From contig JAZJZX010000004.1 of the NCBI GenBank assembly GCA_040389445.1, positions 36,696 through 100,695 on the forward strand: DNA of 64,000 nucleotides, given 5' to 3'. The number at the start of each line of letters is the position of its first letter. Position 1 is the first letter of the stretch. Origin of the DNA: Chloroflexota bacterium (GTDB lineage Bacteria; Chloroflexota; Limnocylindria; Limnocylindrales; CSP1-4). A model generated the notes under the pieces. It was not told where the DNA came from. It worked only from the letters and a program-made list of their open reading frames with translations, and made no database searches. Both the position numbers and the translations under genes were made by a program. Shown piece by piece: positions 16,935-28,484 of this stretch.

Positions 16935-18479
16935 TCAGAGGTTGGCCGGACGCGTCCCGAGCGTCAGCGAGAGCGTGATCGTCTCCGTTCCCCGGACGAT
17001 CCGCAGTTCGACCGTCTGACCCGGGGAAAAGCCGGCGAGGACGAGGTCGAGCGGGTGCTCGGCATCGACGTCCTGGCTGCCGACGCCGATGATGATGTCG
17101 CCTTCCCTGACGCCGGCCTTGTCCGCCGGACCGCCCTTGACAACCGCATCCTGCGTACCGCCCGAGGCGTCCTGGGCGCGGCTCACGAGCGCACCCCTGT
17201 CCTGCGAAAGCCGGTCCCGCGCCTGGACCTGGGGCGTGATGGGCTCGTAGCGGATGCCGATGTAGGGCCGGGCGAGCGGCTGTCCGGCAAGGGCCTGCTG
17301 CATGATCGGGCGGGCGATGTCGATGGGAATGGCGAACCCGATCCCGTTGGAGCCGGTTGCAACGGCGGTGTTGATGCCGATGACGTCGCCGATGGCATCG
17401 AGCAGCGGTCCGCCGCTGTTGCCGGGGTTGATGGCCGCATCGGTCTGGATCAGGTTGTTCAGGCGATCGCCGCTCTGCACGGTCACGGAACGGCCGGTCG
17501 CGGACACGATCCCGGAGGTGACCGAGTTCGAGTACGTCCCCAGCGGGCTGCCGATTGCCACGGCGAGCTGGCCGACCTGGAGATCCGCCGATACGCCGAT
17601 CGTGGCGGCCGTCAGGCCCGAGGCCGTGATCTTCACGATCGCAAGGTCGGTGAGGGTGTCGATCCCGTAGACCGTCCCCTGGTACTGATGCCCATCCTTG
17701 ACCTCGACGACCACCGACGACGCGGTCTGGCCGTTCGAATCCGTGACGACGTGGCGGTTGGTGAGGATCCAGCCGCCCGCATCGAAGATGATCCCGGAGC
17801 CGACACCCTGCTCGGGGATCGAACCGCCGGCCGGATCCGCAACGGTCCCGGAGACGAGAATCCGGACGACGGCCGGACCGGCTTTCGCAGCGGCCGCGAT
17901 GACGGCCGACGATTCGTCGATCGTGACCGGAACGCGAGCGCCGGCGGTCGTGATCGGCGAGATGCCCGGCTGGGGCCCGGCGCCGTCGAGCGCGCCACTT
18001 GCGCGCAGGAAGGCGAAGGTCCCGCCGCTGGCGAGGACGGCCGACAGGACGGCGGCAGTCACGATCGATCCGACGCCCGCCTGGCGAGGGCCACGCTTCG
18101 TGGCAGCCGCCGCAGCGGCCGCCGTGGCCGCAGCCGCCGCAGCCTCGGCGGCATCCCAGGCCTCCGGCGAGGGCGCGCCGGGCGGAAGGGCCGGCCCGTC
18201 CTGCCACGCCGAAGCGGCCCACCCGGGTCGATGCTCACGCTCGGGCGCAAATGACGCGGTCGGGGCCTCCTCGAACGGGGATGCGGCCACAGCCGCAGCG
18301 GCGCCCTCGGGTTCGGCCGTCGGCGCGGTGGCGTCGGCCGCCGCGAAGTCAGCGCCGGCCGCCGGGAGGTCTGCGCCGGCCGCCGGGAGGTCGGCGCCCT
18401 CGGGTTGCGCCGCCGGCGCGGTGGCGTCGGCGGCTGGAAGGTCGGCGGCCTGGTCGTCTGGCTCGTTGGGGGTTGTCAT
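16935..18479 (-). CDS. HtrA/DegP-family serine protease with a PDZ domain (PepD-like), with an N-terminal low-complexity region and a membrane anchor.
   Basis: A trypsin-like S1C core (ILTNRHVV ... TDAAINPGNSGGPLLD) is followed by a C-terminal PDZ region. The N-terminus has Ala/Pro-rich repeats (ADLPAAGADLPAAG) and a hydrophobic helix. The gene lies immediately downstream of the two-component system. Confidence 0.85.
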   Translation of the reverse strand: MTTPNEPDDQAADLPAADATAPAAQPEGADLPAAGADLPAAGADFAAADATAPTAEPEGAAAAVAASPFEEAPTASFAPEREHRPGWAASAWQDGPALPPGAPSPEAWDAAEAAAAAATAAAAAAATKRGPRQAGVGSIVTAAVLSAVLASGGTFAFLRASGALDGAGPQPGISPITTAGARVPVTIDESSAVIAAAAKAGPAVVRILVSGTVADPAGGSIPEQGVGSGIIFDAGGWILTNRHVVTDSNGQTASSVVVEVKDGHQYQGTVYGIDTLTDLAIVKITASGLTAATIGVSADLQVGQLAVAIGSPLGTYSNSVTSGIVSATGRSVTVQSGDRLNNLIQTDAAINPGNSGGPLLDAIGDVIGINTAVATGSNGIGFAIPIDIARPIMQQALAGQPLARPYIGIRYEPITPQVQARDRLSQDRGALVSRAQDASGGTQDAVVKGGPADKAGVREGDIIIGVGSQDVDAEHPLDLVLAGFSPGQTVELRIVRGTETITLSLTLGTRPANL

Positions 18480-18555
18480 GCTGGATCTGCGCTCACGATG
18501 CTCACCGGGTGGAGACCCGGTCGCAATCGTGGCGCCCGGATCCTGAGGACGCCGC

Positions 18556-20226
18556 TCATGCTGCCCCTTCCGGATTCACCTTGAGGTCTGTGGACGATGA
18601 AGTTTCCACCACGATCTCATCCGTTCCGGCACCGCGCCCCGTCGTGGCGGGAGTCCTCTTGCGAGGGTCGCGCGGCAGGGTCACGGTGAACGAGGACCCC
18701 GCATTGAGGCGACTGACGACGCTGACCGCTCCACCGTGCATCTCGACGATGCTCTGGACGATGGCCAGGCCGAGCCCGCTCCCGCTGCCTCGCGCCTCAT
18801 TCGCCCGGGTGCCGCGATAGAACCGTTCGAAGATGCGCGGCAGCTCCGTGGCATCGATGCCCACCCCGGTATCAGCGACGACGATCTGGACGCCGAAGTC
18901 CGTTCCGGCGACATCCACGCTGATGTGACCCCCACGAGGCGTGAACTTGATGGCATTGCCCACGAGGTTCGCGACCACCTGACCGACGCGGACCGGATCG
19001 TGGCGGATCCGGAGCGGATGTTCGGGCAGGTGGACCGCCAGGTCGAGACCGCGCCGCCGGGCGGCCGCGTCGGCCTGCTCGACGGCCTGTTCCACCGTGG
19101 CCCGGATGTCGTCGGGCCGCAGGTCGAGCAGGACGAGGCCTGAATCCAGCTTGGACAACTCGAGCAGGTTCTGGGCCAGCCAGTCGAGGCGTTCGAGCTG
19201 GACGGCGCTGGCCTCGAGGAACTCCGCCCGGGCGGTCGGGTCCTCTCCGGCGCGCTCCCGGAGGAGTTCATTGAACGTCCGCATGGCCGCGATCGGGGTT
19301 CGCAGCTCATGGGACACGTCGGCCAGGAAATCGCGACTTCGGTCACGGTCGCGCCGGATGATCTCCACGCTCTCCTGGACCTGGTCGGCCATCGTGTTGA
19401 ACTGGAGGGCGAGCTCCACGAACTCGCGCGAACCCCACTGTGCCGGGTCATCCGGGACGCGCCGGGCGAGATCGCCCTCGGCGAGGCCGCGGCTCGCCTC
19501 GGTCAGGCGACGCAGCGGGACCGTGATTCGGCGAGCCATCGCGGCCCCGGCGGAGAGGGCCACCGCCATCGCCAGGAGACCGATGACGGCGAGCAGGCCC
19601 GTCGTCGTGGAGAGCGCCGTCGCGCGATAGGTGTAGGGGTTGGAGAGGGTCACCTCGATCCAGTAGGGCACCAGGGTCCCGTTGACGGGGTAGTAGGTCG
19701 GGTCGCTGGTGATCGGCTCGCGCGTCTGCCCCACCGGCGCGGCGGATTCGAGCAGGGCGGTGAACTCGCCGTTCGACGCCGGCCTGAAGGTGCGATCCAT
19801 GATCGTCCCGATCCGGATCCGGACGTCCGCCTTGGCGAGTCGGTCCGCCAGGATCCGCTCCTGGGTGTTGCGCGTCAGCTGGACCACGACCCTCGGGTCC
19901 ACCACGTTGTCCACGCTCAGCACCGGGCTGACACTGCTGGCGCTCTCGGCGACCAGGGCCACGTACTGGGCGACACCCAGCGAACGGGCAGTGAGGTCCT
20001 CCCGCTGTTGCTGGTCGAAGTAGTCTCCGAGCCGGTTCACCACGCCGAGCGCGACGAGGCTCAACGTCAGGGCGAGGATCGCCACGAACGCGAGGGTGAG
20101 GCGACCCTGGAAGGTCCGGGGGATCAGCCGTCGCAGGCCCCGCGGCTGATCCCACGTGGAGCCGGTTGTTCGCGCGGGCGCGGTCGGGCTCATCGGCTCG
20201 GCCGTCGGGCCGTCGCGGTCGGGCAT
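18556..20226 (-). CDS. Two-component sensor histidine kinase (MprB/CseC-like).
   Basis: It has transmembrane helices, a HAMP domain, the HisKA motif RDFLADVSHELRTPIAAM and HATPase_c (GSGLGLAIV). The likely ATG at 20226 is separated by 1 nt from the response-regulator stop (TGAgATG). The longer ORF N-terminus to 20478 is an off-frame overlap. Confidence 0.85.
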   Translation of the reverse strand: MPDRDGPTAEPMSPTAPARTTGSTWDQPRGLRRLIPRTFQGRLTLAFVAILALTLSLVALGVVNRLGDYFDQQQREDLTARSLGVAQYVALVAESASSVSPVLSVDNVVDPRVVVQLTRNTQERILADRLAKADVRIRIGTIMDRTFRPASNGEFTALLESAAPVGQTREPITSDPTYYPVNGTLVPYWIEVTLSNPYTYRATALSTTTGLLAVIGLLAMAVALSAGAAMARRITVPLRRLTEASRGLAEGDLARRVPDDPAQWGSREFVELALQFNTMADQVQESVEIIRRDRDRSRDFLADVSHELRTPIAAMRTFNELLRERAGEDPTARAEFLEASAVQLERLDWLAQNLLELSKLDSGLVLLDLRPDDIRATVEQAVEQADAAARRRGLDLAVHLPEHPLRIRHDPVRVGQVVANLVGNAIKFTPRGGHISVDVAGTDFGVQIVVADTGVGIDATELPRIFERFYRGTRANEARGSGSGLGLAIVQSIVEMHGGAVSVVSRLNAGSSFTVTLPRDPRKRTPATTGRGAGTDEIVVETSSSTDLKVNPEGAA

Positions 20227-20227
20227 C

Positions 20228-20926
20228 TCAGCGCTCGGCGAAGGCGTAACCGACACCCCGGATGGTCTGGACGAAGATCGGATGCGTCGGGTCATCCTCG
20301 ATCTTGTCGCGGAGATGACTGATGTGAACGTTGATCGTCTTCTCGTCCTGGTCCAGGGCTTCGTAGTCGCGAAGCAGCTCCAGGAGCTCACCTCGCGTGT
20401 AGACCCGACCCGGCCGGCTTGCGAGGTGGCGAAGGATCTCGAATTCGGTGGGCGTGAGGCTGATCCGGCGATCACCACGGGTCACCCGCCGCCGCTCCAG
20501 ATCGATGACCAGGTCCTCGTGCCGGATCACGCGGCCACCAACGGCGTCGGCGAGGTCCCCGTACGCACGGCGGAGCAGGGCCTTCACGCGGCTGAGGAGC
20601 TCGCGCAGACCGAACGGCTTGGTCATGTAGTCGTCGGCCCCGAGTTCGAGCCCGATGACCTTGTCCACCTCTTCATCGCGAGCGGTCAGCATCAGGACCG
20701 GTGCGCGCGAGCCCGCCGCCCTGAGTCGGCGCAGGACCTCGAAGCCGTCGATGCCGGGCAGGCGCACATCGAGGATCACGAGATCGGGCGCCTGGGTCAC
20801 GGCGAGGTCGAGGCCCTCCTCACCGGACCGGGCGAGCGCGACGATATAGCCCTCCTGCTGGAGCGCATATTCGATCCCGCGAGCGACCGCGTGCTCGTCT
20901 TCGACGATCAGGATGGTGCTGGACAT
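20228..20926 (-). CDS. OmpR-family response regulator (MprA/CseB-like).
   Basis: The N-terminus reads MSSTILIVEDEHAVARGIEYAL...DLVILDVRLPGIDGFEVLRRL, and there is a C-terminal winged-helix domain (TIRGVGYAF). The start is the internal Met of the 332-aa ORF. Confidence 0.9.
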   Translation of the reverse strand: MSSTILIVEDEHAVARGIEYALQQEGYIVALARSGEEGLDLAVTQAPDLVILDVRLPGIDGFEVLRRLRAAGSRAPVLMLTARDEEVDKVIGLELGADDYMTKPFGLRELLSRVKALLRRAYGDLADAVGGRVIRHEDLVIDLERRRVTRGDRRISLTPTEFEILRHLASRPGRVYTRGELLELLRDYEALDQDEKTINVHISHLRDKIEDDPTHPIFVQTIRGVGYAFAER

Positions 20927-21017
20927 CCGATCGATCGTACATCGGGTCCGCCATCCGGGCCGTAACCCGGTCTCCGTGGTACCGTGGCGCTTCCAAAACC
21001 AGAGGTATCGCCTTCCC

Positions 21018-21707
21018 ATGTCCACTGCACGACCTTCTCTCGCGGCGACGAGGCGCGACGTCACCGGCAAAGCCGTCAGCCAGCTTCGCCGCAGCGGCCA
21101 GCTGCCGGCCGTCGTCTTCGGCCACGGCGTCGAATCGACGAACGTATCCGTCGACGCCCACGCGTTCGAGATGCTCCGACGCAAGACCAGCGCCAACACG
21201 CTCGTCGACCTGTCGATCGACGGCAAGAAGCCGCGCCCGGTGCTCGTACACGGCGTGCAGCTCCATGTCGTGACGCAGCGGCCGCTCCACGCGGACCTCT
21301 ATGTCGTTCGCATGACGGACGAACTCACGGTGGATGTGCCGCTGGTGACGACCGGCGAGTCGGAAGCCGTCAAGGTGCACGGCGGCACCCTGCTGCATCC
21401 CATCTCGCATATCCGTGTCAAGGCCCTGCCGGATCACCTTCCGCAGTCGATCTCCTACGACATCACCCGACTGGCCGGATTTGACGACCTCGTTCACGTG
21501 AGCGATCTCGTCATTCCTGCGGATGTCACCCTGCTGACCGACCCCACCGAGATCGTGGCTCGCGTTTCGCCGCCGCGCGTCGAGGAAGAGCCGACCGTGG
21601 TCGGTGCCGCGGAAGCTGCCGAGAGCGCGGTTGCTGCCGAGAGCGCCGACGGCGCGGGCGCCGGGACCGGGGCCACGTCAGCCGAGGGCTCTTCGTCCGA
21701 GGGCTGA
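21018..21707 (+). CDS. rplY: 50S ribosomal protein L25 / general stress protein Ctc.
   Basis: The sequence MSTARPSLAATRRDVTGKAVSQLRRSGQLPAVVFGHG...VQLHVVTQRPLHADLYVV is a Ctc-form L25 with a C-terminal acidic tail. Confidence 0.85.
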   Translation: MSTARPSLAATRRDVTGKAVSQLRRSGQLPAVVFGHGVESTNVSVDAHAFEMLRRKTSANTLVDLSIDGKKPRPVLVHGVQLHVVTQRPLHADLYVVRMTDELTVDVPLVTTGESEAVKVHGGTLLHPISHIRVKALPDHLPQSISYDITRLAGFDDLVHVSDLVIPADVTLLTDPTEIVARVSPPRVEEEPTVVGAAEAAESAVAAESADGAGAGTGATSAEGSSSEG

Positions 21708-21721
21708 TCCCGGGAATCCAG

Positions 21722-21750
21722 CGGCCGCCCGCGAGGCGGGCCGCCGTCAG
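21722..21750. terminator. Candidate bidirectional terminator hairpin between the convergent rplY and methyltransferase genes.
   Basis: GGCCGCCCGC-gag-GCGGGCCGCC is a 10-bp stem with one mismatch, lying in the 40-bp convergent gap. Confidence 0.4.
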
Positions 21751-22610
21751 GCAGGTCCGTCGCCGGCGCGTCCCAGGACGTACACGACGGGCAGCCGCAG
21801 CCGCAGCTCGTGAGGTCGCAGGCTCCGAAGCCGCTGGACGAGTCGGTGTCGCAGGGCGCGGCGTTCCCGCGCCACGAGCTCGTCGAACAGCGACGCTTCG
21901 GAGAAGTGTTCGATGAAGTCGGCGTAGCCGCGAACCGTCCATCGGTGGGCGAGCACGCCCTCGCGCGCCACGACGTTGCGGAACCCCGCTCGTCGCAGTC
22001 CGTCGGCCGCCGCCCGGGCACTGGCCGGATCACCGGATCGCGAATCGGGCTCGGGTGGATCGAAGCCGAACTCGTCGAGCACCTCATCCAGGATGCGATC
22101 GGGCGGGTCGATCTCGCCGGTGCCTCGCAGCCAGGCGGCATAGCCGAAGGGAGCGCCGGGTCGCAGGACGCGGCGTGCCTCGCGCAGGGCAGCCGCCCGA
22201 TTCGGTACGAGCTGCATCACGAACGACGACATCCCCAGGTCGAAGGATGCGTCCTGGAAGGGGAGGCGGTCGGCAAACGCAACTGCCGTCGCGAACCGAA
22301 CGTCGTTCCCCGTTGCGAGGCCGTCTTCCGGGGCGCTGCCGTTCGCGGCCTGGGCCCGCGCCCAGGCCACCATTTCCGACGATGCATCGATCGCGGTGAC
22401 CCGCGCCGACGGCCAGCGCTCGAGCGCGCCGATCGCCAGCGTGCCTGTCCCCGTTCCGATGTCGAGGATGTGCGGCGTCGGAGGAACCATCGGATCCAGG
22501 TCATCGAGGAGGCGAATCGCCGCCGGCCGGATGACGGGCGCCCAATACCGGGCATAGCCCTCGGCGATGCGGTCGTAGCGGGTGCCCTGGTCCTCGGCCA
22601 TCACGGGCAT
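21747..22610 (-). CDS. Class I SAM-dependent methyltransferase.
   Basis: The glycine-rich SAM motif ILDIGTGTGTLA is followed by an acidic residue after beta-2 (AIDAS). Confidence 0.7.
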   Translation of the reverse strand: MPVMAEDQGTRYDRIAEGYARYWAPVIRPAAIRLLDDLDPMVPPTPHILDIGTGTGTLAIGALERWPSARVTAIDASSEMVAWARAQAANGSAPEDGLATGNDVRFATAVAFADRLPFQDASFDLGMSSFVMQLVPNRAAALREARRVLRPGAPFGYAAWLRGTGEIDPPDRILDEVLDEFGFDPPEPDSRSGDPASARAAADGLRRAGFRNVVAREGVLAHRWTVRGYADFIEHFSEASLFDELVARERRALRHRLVQRLRSLRPHELRLRLPVVYVLGRAGDGPA

Positions 22611-22716
22611 CGTACGCGGATGGATGGGGCGATTCGGCCCCTCCGGTCAGTCCCGACGGCCGCTGACCTTCCAGGATGAACCTCGCATGCTGAGGGTCCT
22701 GGAAAGGAGCTCGATC

Positions 22717-23118
22717 ATGAAGAAGATTCTCGTTGCCTATGACGGCGGCGATCCCGCGCGACGAGCGCTCGACACCGCGGCCGAACTCGCCCATCTCACC
22801 GGCGCGACGGTGTCCGTCGTGAGTGTCGTTCCCGTCCACCCGGGCCGGGTCCCGGTCGATCCGTGGGACGACGTGAGCACCCATGCCCAGGAACTGATCG
22901 AAGCTCGCCGGCTCCTTGGGGACAAGGGGATCGAGGCGGAGCTGCTCGAACCGACCGGAGACCCGGCCGTCACCATCGAGCGCATCGCCGAGGACGGCGC
23001 GTTCGATACGGTCGTCGTCGGGTCGCGGGGCCTGAACCTGATGAGCCGTGTGCTCCAGGGGAGTGTGTCCGAGCACGTGGCAACGCACGCCAAGGCCACC
23101 GTGATCATCGCCCGCTGA
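22717..23118 (+). CDS. Universal stress protein (UspA family).
   Basis: The sequence MKKILVAYDGGDPARRALDTAAELA...TVVVGSRGLNLMSRVLQGSVSEHVATHAKATVIIAR is a UspA-type protein. The SD sequence GGAAAGGAG lies 7 nt upstream of the ATG. Confidence 0.8.
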   Translation: MKKILVAYDGGDPARRALDTAAELAHLTGATVSVVSVVPVHPGRVPVDPWDDVSTHAQELIEARRLLGDKGIEAELLEPTGDPAVTIERIAEDGAFDTVVVGSRGLNLMSRVLQGSVSEHVATHAKATVIIAR

Positions 23119-23253
23119 GGGAGCAGGCGTGGCCGCGCGCGGTCCATTTCGGGCCCGCCCGGCCGCGTCACCTCGCGTTCCGCCGTCGGGCCCGTCCGGC
23201 CCGGAGCTCGTCAGTCAGGCCGGGCGTCCCAGGGCCGCGGCTACACTGCGCGC

Positions 23254-24360
<1,107 letters not shown>

Positions 24361-24366
24361 CGTTAG

Positions 24367-25878
<1,512 letters not shown>

Positions 25879-25927
25879 CCGGGCGCCTCGTCGGGCCGGT
25901 GTCAGGCCGTGTGATACGCTGTCATAC

Positions 25928-26368
25928 ATGAGCGAGCGGCCCCGACCCACGCATGCTGTGCGCGAGCTTCGAAGCTTTCGCTTGCCGGCGGAGACGGCGA
26001 CAAGGCTCGATCGGAGCGCGGCCGAGTCGGGAATGACGCGCACGGCTCTTGCCGAGCGGCTGCTGGACGAAGGCCTCCGGCGCATCCGGCATCCTCGGAT
26101 CGACTTCGTAAGCGGCCCCGCCGGGCGGCGCCCGTTCGTCCTCGGAACGGGTCTCGATGTCTGGGAAATCGTGGCGACGATCCGGGCAAACAACAACTCC
26201 ATCGAGGAGGCAGCCGGCTATCTCCAGGTGCCGCCCGGGATCGTCGAGGCGGCCGCCCGATATCACGCCGAGTTCGCCGACGAGATCGATCGCTGGATCG
26301 AGACGAACGACGCGATGGCAGAGCGTGAAGAGCGGTTGTATCGACAGCAGATCACCCGCCGCGCGTGA
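25928..26368 (+). CDS. DUF433-family protein with a ribbon-helix-helix-like N-terminus (putative antitoxin).
   Basis: The sequence RHPRIDFVSGPAGRRPFVLGTGLDVWEIVATIRANNNSIEEAAGYLQV matches the DUF433 core. The stop overlaps the GTG of the downstream DUF5615 gene (GTGA). Confidence 0.6.
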   Translation: MSERPRPTHAVRELRSFRLPAETATRLDRSAAESGMTRTALAERLLDEGLRRIRHPRIDFVSGPAGRRPFVLGTGLDVWEIVATIRANNNSIEEAAGYLQVPPGIVEAAARYHAEFADEIDRWIETNDAMAEREERLYRQQITRRA

Positions 26369-26742
26369 GGCTGCTGCTCGACGAGCACTACAGCCCGCTC
26401 ATCGCCGAGCATCTTCGCGCGCGAGGGCACGATGTGACGGCGGTGGTCGCGCAGCCCACCCTGGCGGGCCTTGCCGACCGGACCTTGATCCTGGCGGCCC
26501 GCCGGGACGGCCGTGCGCTCCTGACCGAGAACATCGTCGATTTCGTGCCGATCGCCACGGAGTTCGCTCGCACCGGGACGCCTCATGCGGGGATCATCCT
26601 CGCCAACCCACACCGTTTCCCGCGATCGCGAGACGGCATGGGCAGGCTCGTGGAGGCCCTCCACGAGCTCCTCGTCGCGCACCGGGGGGATGACGCGCTC
26701 GCAGATCGAATTGTCTGGCTGGGACCGGCCGCGGAGCCATGA
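26365..26742 (+). CDS. DUF5615 (Mut7-C/PIN-like) family protein (putative toxin RNase).
   Basis: The sequence MRLLLDEHYSPLIAEHLRARGHDVTAV...LLTENIVDF is the canonical DUF5615 N-terminus. This family is often paired with DUF433. Confidence 0.65.
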   Translation: MRLLLDEHYSPLIAEHLRARGHDVTAVVAQPTLAGLADRTLILAARRDGRALLTENIVDFVPIATEFARTGTPHAGIILANPHRFPRSRDGMGRLVEALHELLVAHRGDDALADRIVWLGPAAEP

Positions 26743-26939
26743 GCTGGGGCTGCCCGGTGCTCCCCGTGTCGCGCGTTCCAGGCCTACCGTAGGCGGCGCC
26801 GGCCTCGACCCGCTCCATGACCGCCGAGGCGGTCGTCTTCAGTTCCTTGATCCCGATCTCTGCCACGTCGCTCCCACCAAGTGACTCCTTGGGTGGTCAT
26901 CTCATGCAACACGACGCCGGTTCGCAACAGGCCTGAGCC

Positions 26940-28442
26940 TCACGCGTCCTCGCGCTTCGTGCGCGTCGCCCGCTCCGCGCGCGGGGCGCGCTCCGCCTGC
27001 CCCGTCCGGTCCGGCCACGCATAGCCGGCCCACGGGTCGTAGTCCGGATCCAGCGGCTCCTGGGGCGGCCGCGACGCCTCCGAAACGTGAATGAGATTGA
27101 CCCGAACGCGGTACCACAAGGACGAGCGGCCGCGCATTCCGTCCACCAGCACGTCGGCCGGCTCCAGCGCGGCGGCGGCGTCCGGCCATCGCGCCTTCCA
27201 GCGCTCGAGGCCCGCGAGCGCCTCCTCCTTCGACTTCGCCCGCGAGATCTCGATGACCGGTACCGACGACCGCCGCCGTCCCGTCGGCGTCGGCCGCGTT
27301 CCGGAACCCGCTCCCGGGACGCCACCGCCAGCGGCCGCGGCGGCCTCTCGCGCTGCCTGGGCCGCGGTAAACCGGCGTTCCATCGCCGCCCGCGACTTCT
27401 CGCGCTCCGCCGCCGCCTGCGGCGTGTCGTACGCCGCGGTCGCGCGACGCTGGCGGGAGGGCTGGACGCGCGGCGGCTCGCCCGCCTGCTTGCGGTAGTT
27501 CGGCGGCCACGGGGCATCGCCCAGACCCTCGGCCTCATCCCGCCGGGACAGGTCCAGCAGCGCATCCAGCGAGCCCACCGCATCGTCGATGCCCGCGCCC
27601 GGATCGCCGATCGCGGCGAACCGCGCGGGAACCGTCGCCACCGTGAACGCCTCGGCCTCGCAGGTCGGGAGCTCGTCCCAGGTCAGCGGCGTCGAGACGC
27701 GCGCATCCGGCAACGGCCGGACCGAGTAGGCGGACGCCACGGTCCGGTCCTTGGCGTTCTGGTTGTAGTCGAGGAACACCCCGTGGCGCTCCTCCTTCCA
27801 CCACTTGGAGGTCGCGATCCCGGGCGCCCGCCGCTCCACGTCCCGGGCCAGGGCAAGGGCCGCCCGCCGGACCTCCGGGTATCCCCAGCGCCGCTCGATT
27901 CGCACGTTGATGTGGATCCCACGCGAGCCGGAGGTCTTCGGCCAACCGACGAGGCCCACGGCCTCGAGGGATTCCTTCGCGACCATCGCGACATCCCGGA
28001 TCTGCGCCCACTCGATCCCCGGAACGGGATCCAGGTCCACCCGCAGCTCGTCGGGATGATCGAGATCGTCGGCTCGAACCGGGTGCGGGTTCAGGTCCAG
28101 GCAGCCGAGGTTGACGATCCAGGCGAGGCCGGCGGCATCATCGAGGACGATCTCGTCGGCCGTCCGCCCGGACGGGAACGACAGCGTCGCCACCCGCAAC
28201 CATTCCGGCCGGTTGTCCGGGGCTCGCTTCTGGAAGAAGGCCTCGCCGCTCGCCCCGTTGACGAATCGCTTGAGCGCCATGGGCCGCCCCCTGACGCCTC
28301 GCAGCGCCCCGTCGGCCACGGCCAGGTAGTACCGGACGAGGTCCAGCTTCGTGATTCCGGCCGCCGCGAAGAAGATCTTGCCCGGGTTCGTGATCGTGAC
28401 CTCATGGTCATTGATCCGAAGCACCTCCGGCTGCGCTTTCAT
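26940..28442 (-). CDS. LigD polymerase/primase domain (PolDom) protein, standalone, with a C-terminal extension.
   Basis: The sequence reads MKAQPEVLRINDHEVTITNPGKIFF...WPKTSGSRGIHINVRI...HGVFLDYNQNAKDRTVASAYSVRP, a typical LigD-Pol. The start is the internal ATG at 28442; the ORF-track portion upstream overlaps the convergent plus-strand gene. Confidence 0.8.
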   Translation of the reverse strand: MKAQPEVLRINDHEVTITNPGKIFFAAAGITKLDLVRYYLAVADGALRGVRGRPMALKRFVNGASGEAFFQKRAPDNRPEWLRVATLSFPSGRTADEIVLDDAAGLAWIVNLGCLDLNPHPVRADDLDHPDELRVDLDPVPGIEWAQIRDVAMVAKESLEAVGLVGWPKTSGSRGIHINVRIERRWGYPEVRRAALALARDVERRAPGIATSKWWKEERHGVFLDYNQNAKDRTVASAYSVRPLPDARVSTPLTWDELPTCEAEAFTVATVPARFAAIGDPGAGIDDAVGSLDALLDLSRRDEAEGLGDAPWPPNYRKQAGEPPRVQPSRQRRATAAYDTPQAAAEREKSRAAMERRFTAAQAAREAAAAAGGGVPGAGSGTRPTPTGRRRSSVPVIEISRAKSKEEALAGLERWKARWPDAAAALEPADVLVDGMRGRSSLWYRVRVNLIHVSEASRPPQEPLDPDYDPWAGYAWPDRTGQAERAPRAERATRTKREDA

Positions 28443-28484
28443 CGGTGAGACGATACCCCCTCGACATCGTCGCTCCCAACCCGG

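Noticed and set aside
16729-18254. ORFs 16729..18222 (-) and 16803..18254 (+) overlapping the HtrA-like gene.
   Set aside because: HtrA is supported by the GNSGGPL catalytic motif in another frame. These ORFs are Arg/Gly-rich artefacts.
18556-20478. Extended N-terminus (residues 1-84) of the histidine kinase ORF, and the first 100 residues of the response regulator ORF (to 21226).
   Set aside because: These extensions overlap the upstream gene out of frame and are Ser/Arg/Thr-rich. Internal Met starts with proper adjacent-gene spacing give canonical protein N-termini.
26263-26682. 139-aa minus-strand ORF within the DUF5615 region.
   Set aside because: It is antisense to the DUF5615 gene, whose N-terminus is canonical.
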